Both the position numbers and the translations under genes were made by a program. Below the pieces are notes generated by a model. That model saw nothing but the letters and a program-made list of their open reading frames with translations. It was not told the DNA's origin and made no database searches. From assembly GCA_900088475.1 (NCBI GenBank), contig FLMG01000355.1:310001-374000 (forward strand): a DNA stretch of 64,000 bases. The letters run 5' to 3'. Shown one piece after another: positions 61,851 through 64,000 of the stretch. Source of the DNA: Hyphochytrium catenoides. Lineage: Eukaryota > Protista > Hyphochytriomycota. Each line of letters begins with the position of its first letter. Position 1 is the stretch's first letter.

Positions 61851-63988
61851 ATGAAGCTTCCTAAAGAGGAAATCATCGCGGCAGTAGAGCAGGTAACGGA
61901 GGCAGTAGATCTCCTTCTGGCCCCACAGATTGACAACTCTTTTGACCTGTTCGATATTTCCCTGTCTCTTGGCCGGACTCTTTCTCTGCCTTCTATAGTC
62001 CCTTCTCTGACGCATGAGGAAGGCTTGATAAGTCCTAGTGTCCGCTGCTCTAAGCTTGACTTTGTCTCAACCTATTTTCACCCGACCTTATCTGTCTCCC
62101 TGCTCCCTCTGCCCTCTCTCTCTCACACACTCTCTCTCCTCTTCTTCTCCTCTTCTTCTCTCTTCTTTTCTTCCTCCTCACTTATTGTTCGCCTCTGTGT
62201 ATTAACTCAAGACTCTACGTGCGCTAAGTTTACTTCACTCAGTCTCCTTTGTTGATCTGCCGTGATAATGTCGCTGTCCTCCACATCCCGCCCCATCTCC
62301 GTCTTACACCTTTTACTAATCATCTCTGTTTCTCGCCCCCCCTTTCTCTCTCTCTTCTCTGTCTCCGCTTCTTTGCCCTTCATGCCCTCACCGACTCAGC
62401 ATGGGCCCTCTGTCACGCCCTCCAAAATCTGTCTCGCGACTGGTTTGCCCCTCAGTGAGGTTGAATATGGTAGGTAGTCAACCCTCCAGCCCTAGGCATG
62501 ATCCTTCAATGGTTCTCCCTGTCTCTCCTCATGATTCTCCAGCCCAGGGCCATTACCTCCTCTCTTGTCTCTTCTGCTTACACGCAGCTCTCCGGTCAGT
62601 CTCATCCTTCCAAACCCTCTTGTCCATACCTTGGGAGCTCATCGTCCATTTGAGACTCACTCCACACATTTTCTTGGCCGTAGAGCTCGCTATCCTTTTG
62701 AAAGAAGCTGGAGGACACTTAGAGGTAGAGAGGTTCCGCCCTGTCCCTCTGCCATCCCAAGCCCTTTCTATCACCTCTCTTCTCGCTGTCTTCCTTGTGG
62801 ACTATTAATCGTTGATTTCATACTCTGATTAGTTCTTAGCGTCTGCCCTTGTATATAACGCTCTCTAACATGTATGCAGATGACGCTGGAGGACGGTAGA
62901 GACAATGTCCTGTATATCTATCCCGCTCATCTTCGGCTCGCCCTTCAGTCCAGAAGCTGGCTTTTCAGGCTCCGTGCAGTCCTGGAGAGGTGAGGATCAT
63001 TGCTGCTCTTGGCTCCATTAGATGAGTGGAGCTGTTGCTTCTGGATATCGTAACGACGATCCTACTACTCTTTCTTCGACTCCTTATCGCTAGCTCGCTG
63101 TTTTGCTCTCTCGGGTTCCGTGCTATGCGATGTGGTCAACGAGCAGAAGAGTTGAGCCCCTCAATCGCTCTTCTTAATAGGATTCTTGGCAGCCTCTACT
63201 ACACGCTGCGGCTATCATTCGGCCTATTTCTTCTGGTCTCCCTCCTTATCGTCCTGGTGGCAGTGATTGTCGTCCTTGTTCTAGCGAGCAGCAGAAGGAG
63301 TGGCGGTTCCGATGTGGGAGGAGCAGCAATCAGAGCTGTGGGCGGACACCGGACTGACGCTATGTCAAGAGTATGTCATGGACCACTTTCGATTTCTAGT
63401 CACAGTTAAAGTGCCGTGACGGCTTGTCCCTCCCTCAGGGATTGTCGGCACAAGTCTTCTCGTTCTTCTTTCTATCTCTCTTTCGGTATACCTACTTCTA
63501 ATCTGTCTCTCATCGCACGTGTGTAGTTCCTATGTGATAGTTTGTACATCTTGTGGCATTTCGAGCACAACCCTTTCTTCGCCGTCCAAGCGGCCCCTCC
63601 GCTCCCCGTCCGAAGACGTAGAATGGCGCAGAGAGGTCCAGGAGTTGTGCAAAGAGAGTTTACCCAGCATAGAGAGACCCAGGGAGAGGAGGTAAGCCCA
63701 GGAGCTTTAGGAAACCTCGTTCCGGTAACTGCTACCTTTTCTCTGTCTCTCCACCTCTCGGCCTTGACCCTTATGTTCTTGTTCATAAGCTCCTGGGCTA
63801 TATATCTTTTCTCTTCCTCATCCAATAACGCATTCTTCCTTCGTTCTGCCATCAAGCTTGTTGGCTTTCATGCGCAGGAAAACGTCGAAGACCCACGCTC
63901 CGAGGAAGAGGCTGAAGATAGAGAAATGAACTTTCTTGAGGCAATTTTCTCATTCTTATTTGGTGATGGCCATCCCGGACCCTCGGAG
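61851..63988 (+). CDS. Homologue of the cyanobacterial/chloroplast At5g03900-type membrane protein (N-terminal wHTH-like domain, TM helix, FLFGDG.P motif); continues beyond the window
   Basis: Seven in-phase GT-AG exons (61851-61892, 62400-62469, 62684-62724, 62880-62989, 63181-63370, 63527-63691, 63878-63988) give MKLPKEEIIAAVEQHGPSVTPSKICLATGLPLSEVEYELAILLKEAGGHLEMTLEDGRDNVLYIYPAHLRLALQSRSWLFRLRAVLERILGSLYYTLRLSFGLFLLVSLLIV...EMNFLEAIFSFLFGDGHP. Confidence 0.88.
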
Positions 63989-64000
63989 GTAATGTATCTG

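Noticed and set aside
61851-62989. Initial reading of these exons as a histone-fold (NC2/CENP-W-like) protein
   Set aside because: The downstream exons (RLSFG TM helix, FLFGDG.P) fit the At5g03900 family far better.
63472-63855. Minus-strand 127-aa ORF with a CxxC motif
   Set aside because: It lies antisense to an exon and introns of the well-supported At5g03900-type gene; shadow ORF.

Overview
Eukaryotic, intron-rich (GT-AG), roughly 50% GC genomic DNA. The gene content points to an oomycete or related pseudofungal stramenopile: PAN/Apple-bearing GH17, an oomycete-type Cys-rich module, an oomycete-type C3H zinc/basic-helix protein and a Drosha-type RNase III. The high intron density suggests an early-diverging lineage (inference). 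Genes in order: ORC3 3' end, amino-acid permease, GH17+4xPAN, intact pogo/Fot1-derived ORF, cyclophilin PPIL3, CRTAC1-like FG-GAP/ASPIC protein, myristoylated EF-hand protein, tRNA-Leu(CAA), second GH17, organellar YchF/OLA1, AP2-domain protein, PCF11, C3H protein, SET-domain probable pseudo-enzyme, Drosha, orphan multi-pass membrane protein, a large alpha-helical (possibly FANCA-like) protein, and a spliced gene at the right edge that the ORF track shows only in fragments. That last gene encodes a homologue of the cyanobacterial/chloroplast At5g03900-type membrane protein without a transit peptide, and is the most surprising item in an apparently plastid-less lineage. Intergenic DNA holds decayed Ty3/Gypsy and possibly Harbinger relics inflated by 2-4 nt micro-duplications, plus a ~230-nt foldback hairpin. 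All family assignments come from motif recognition by eye; no database searches were run.
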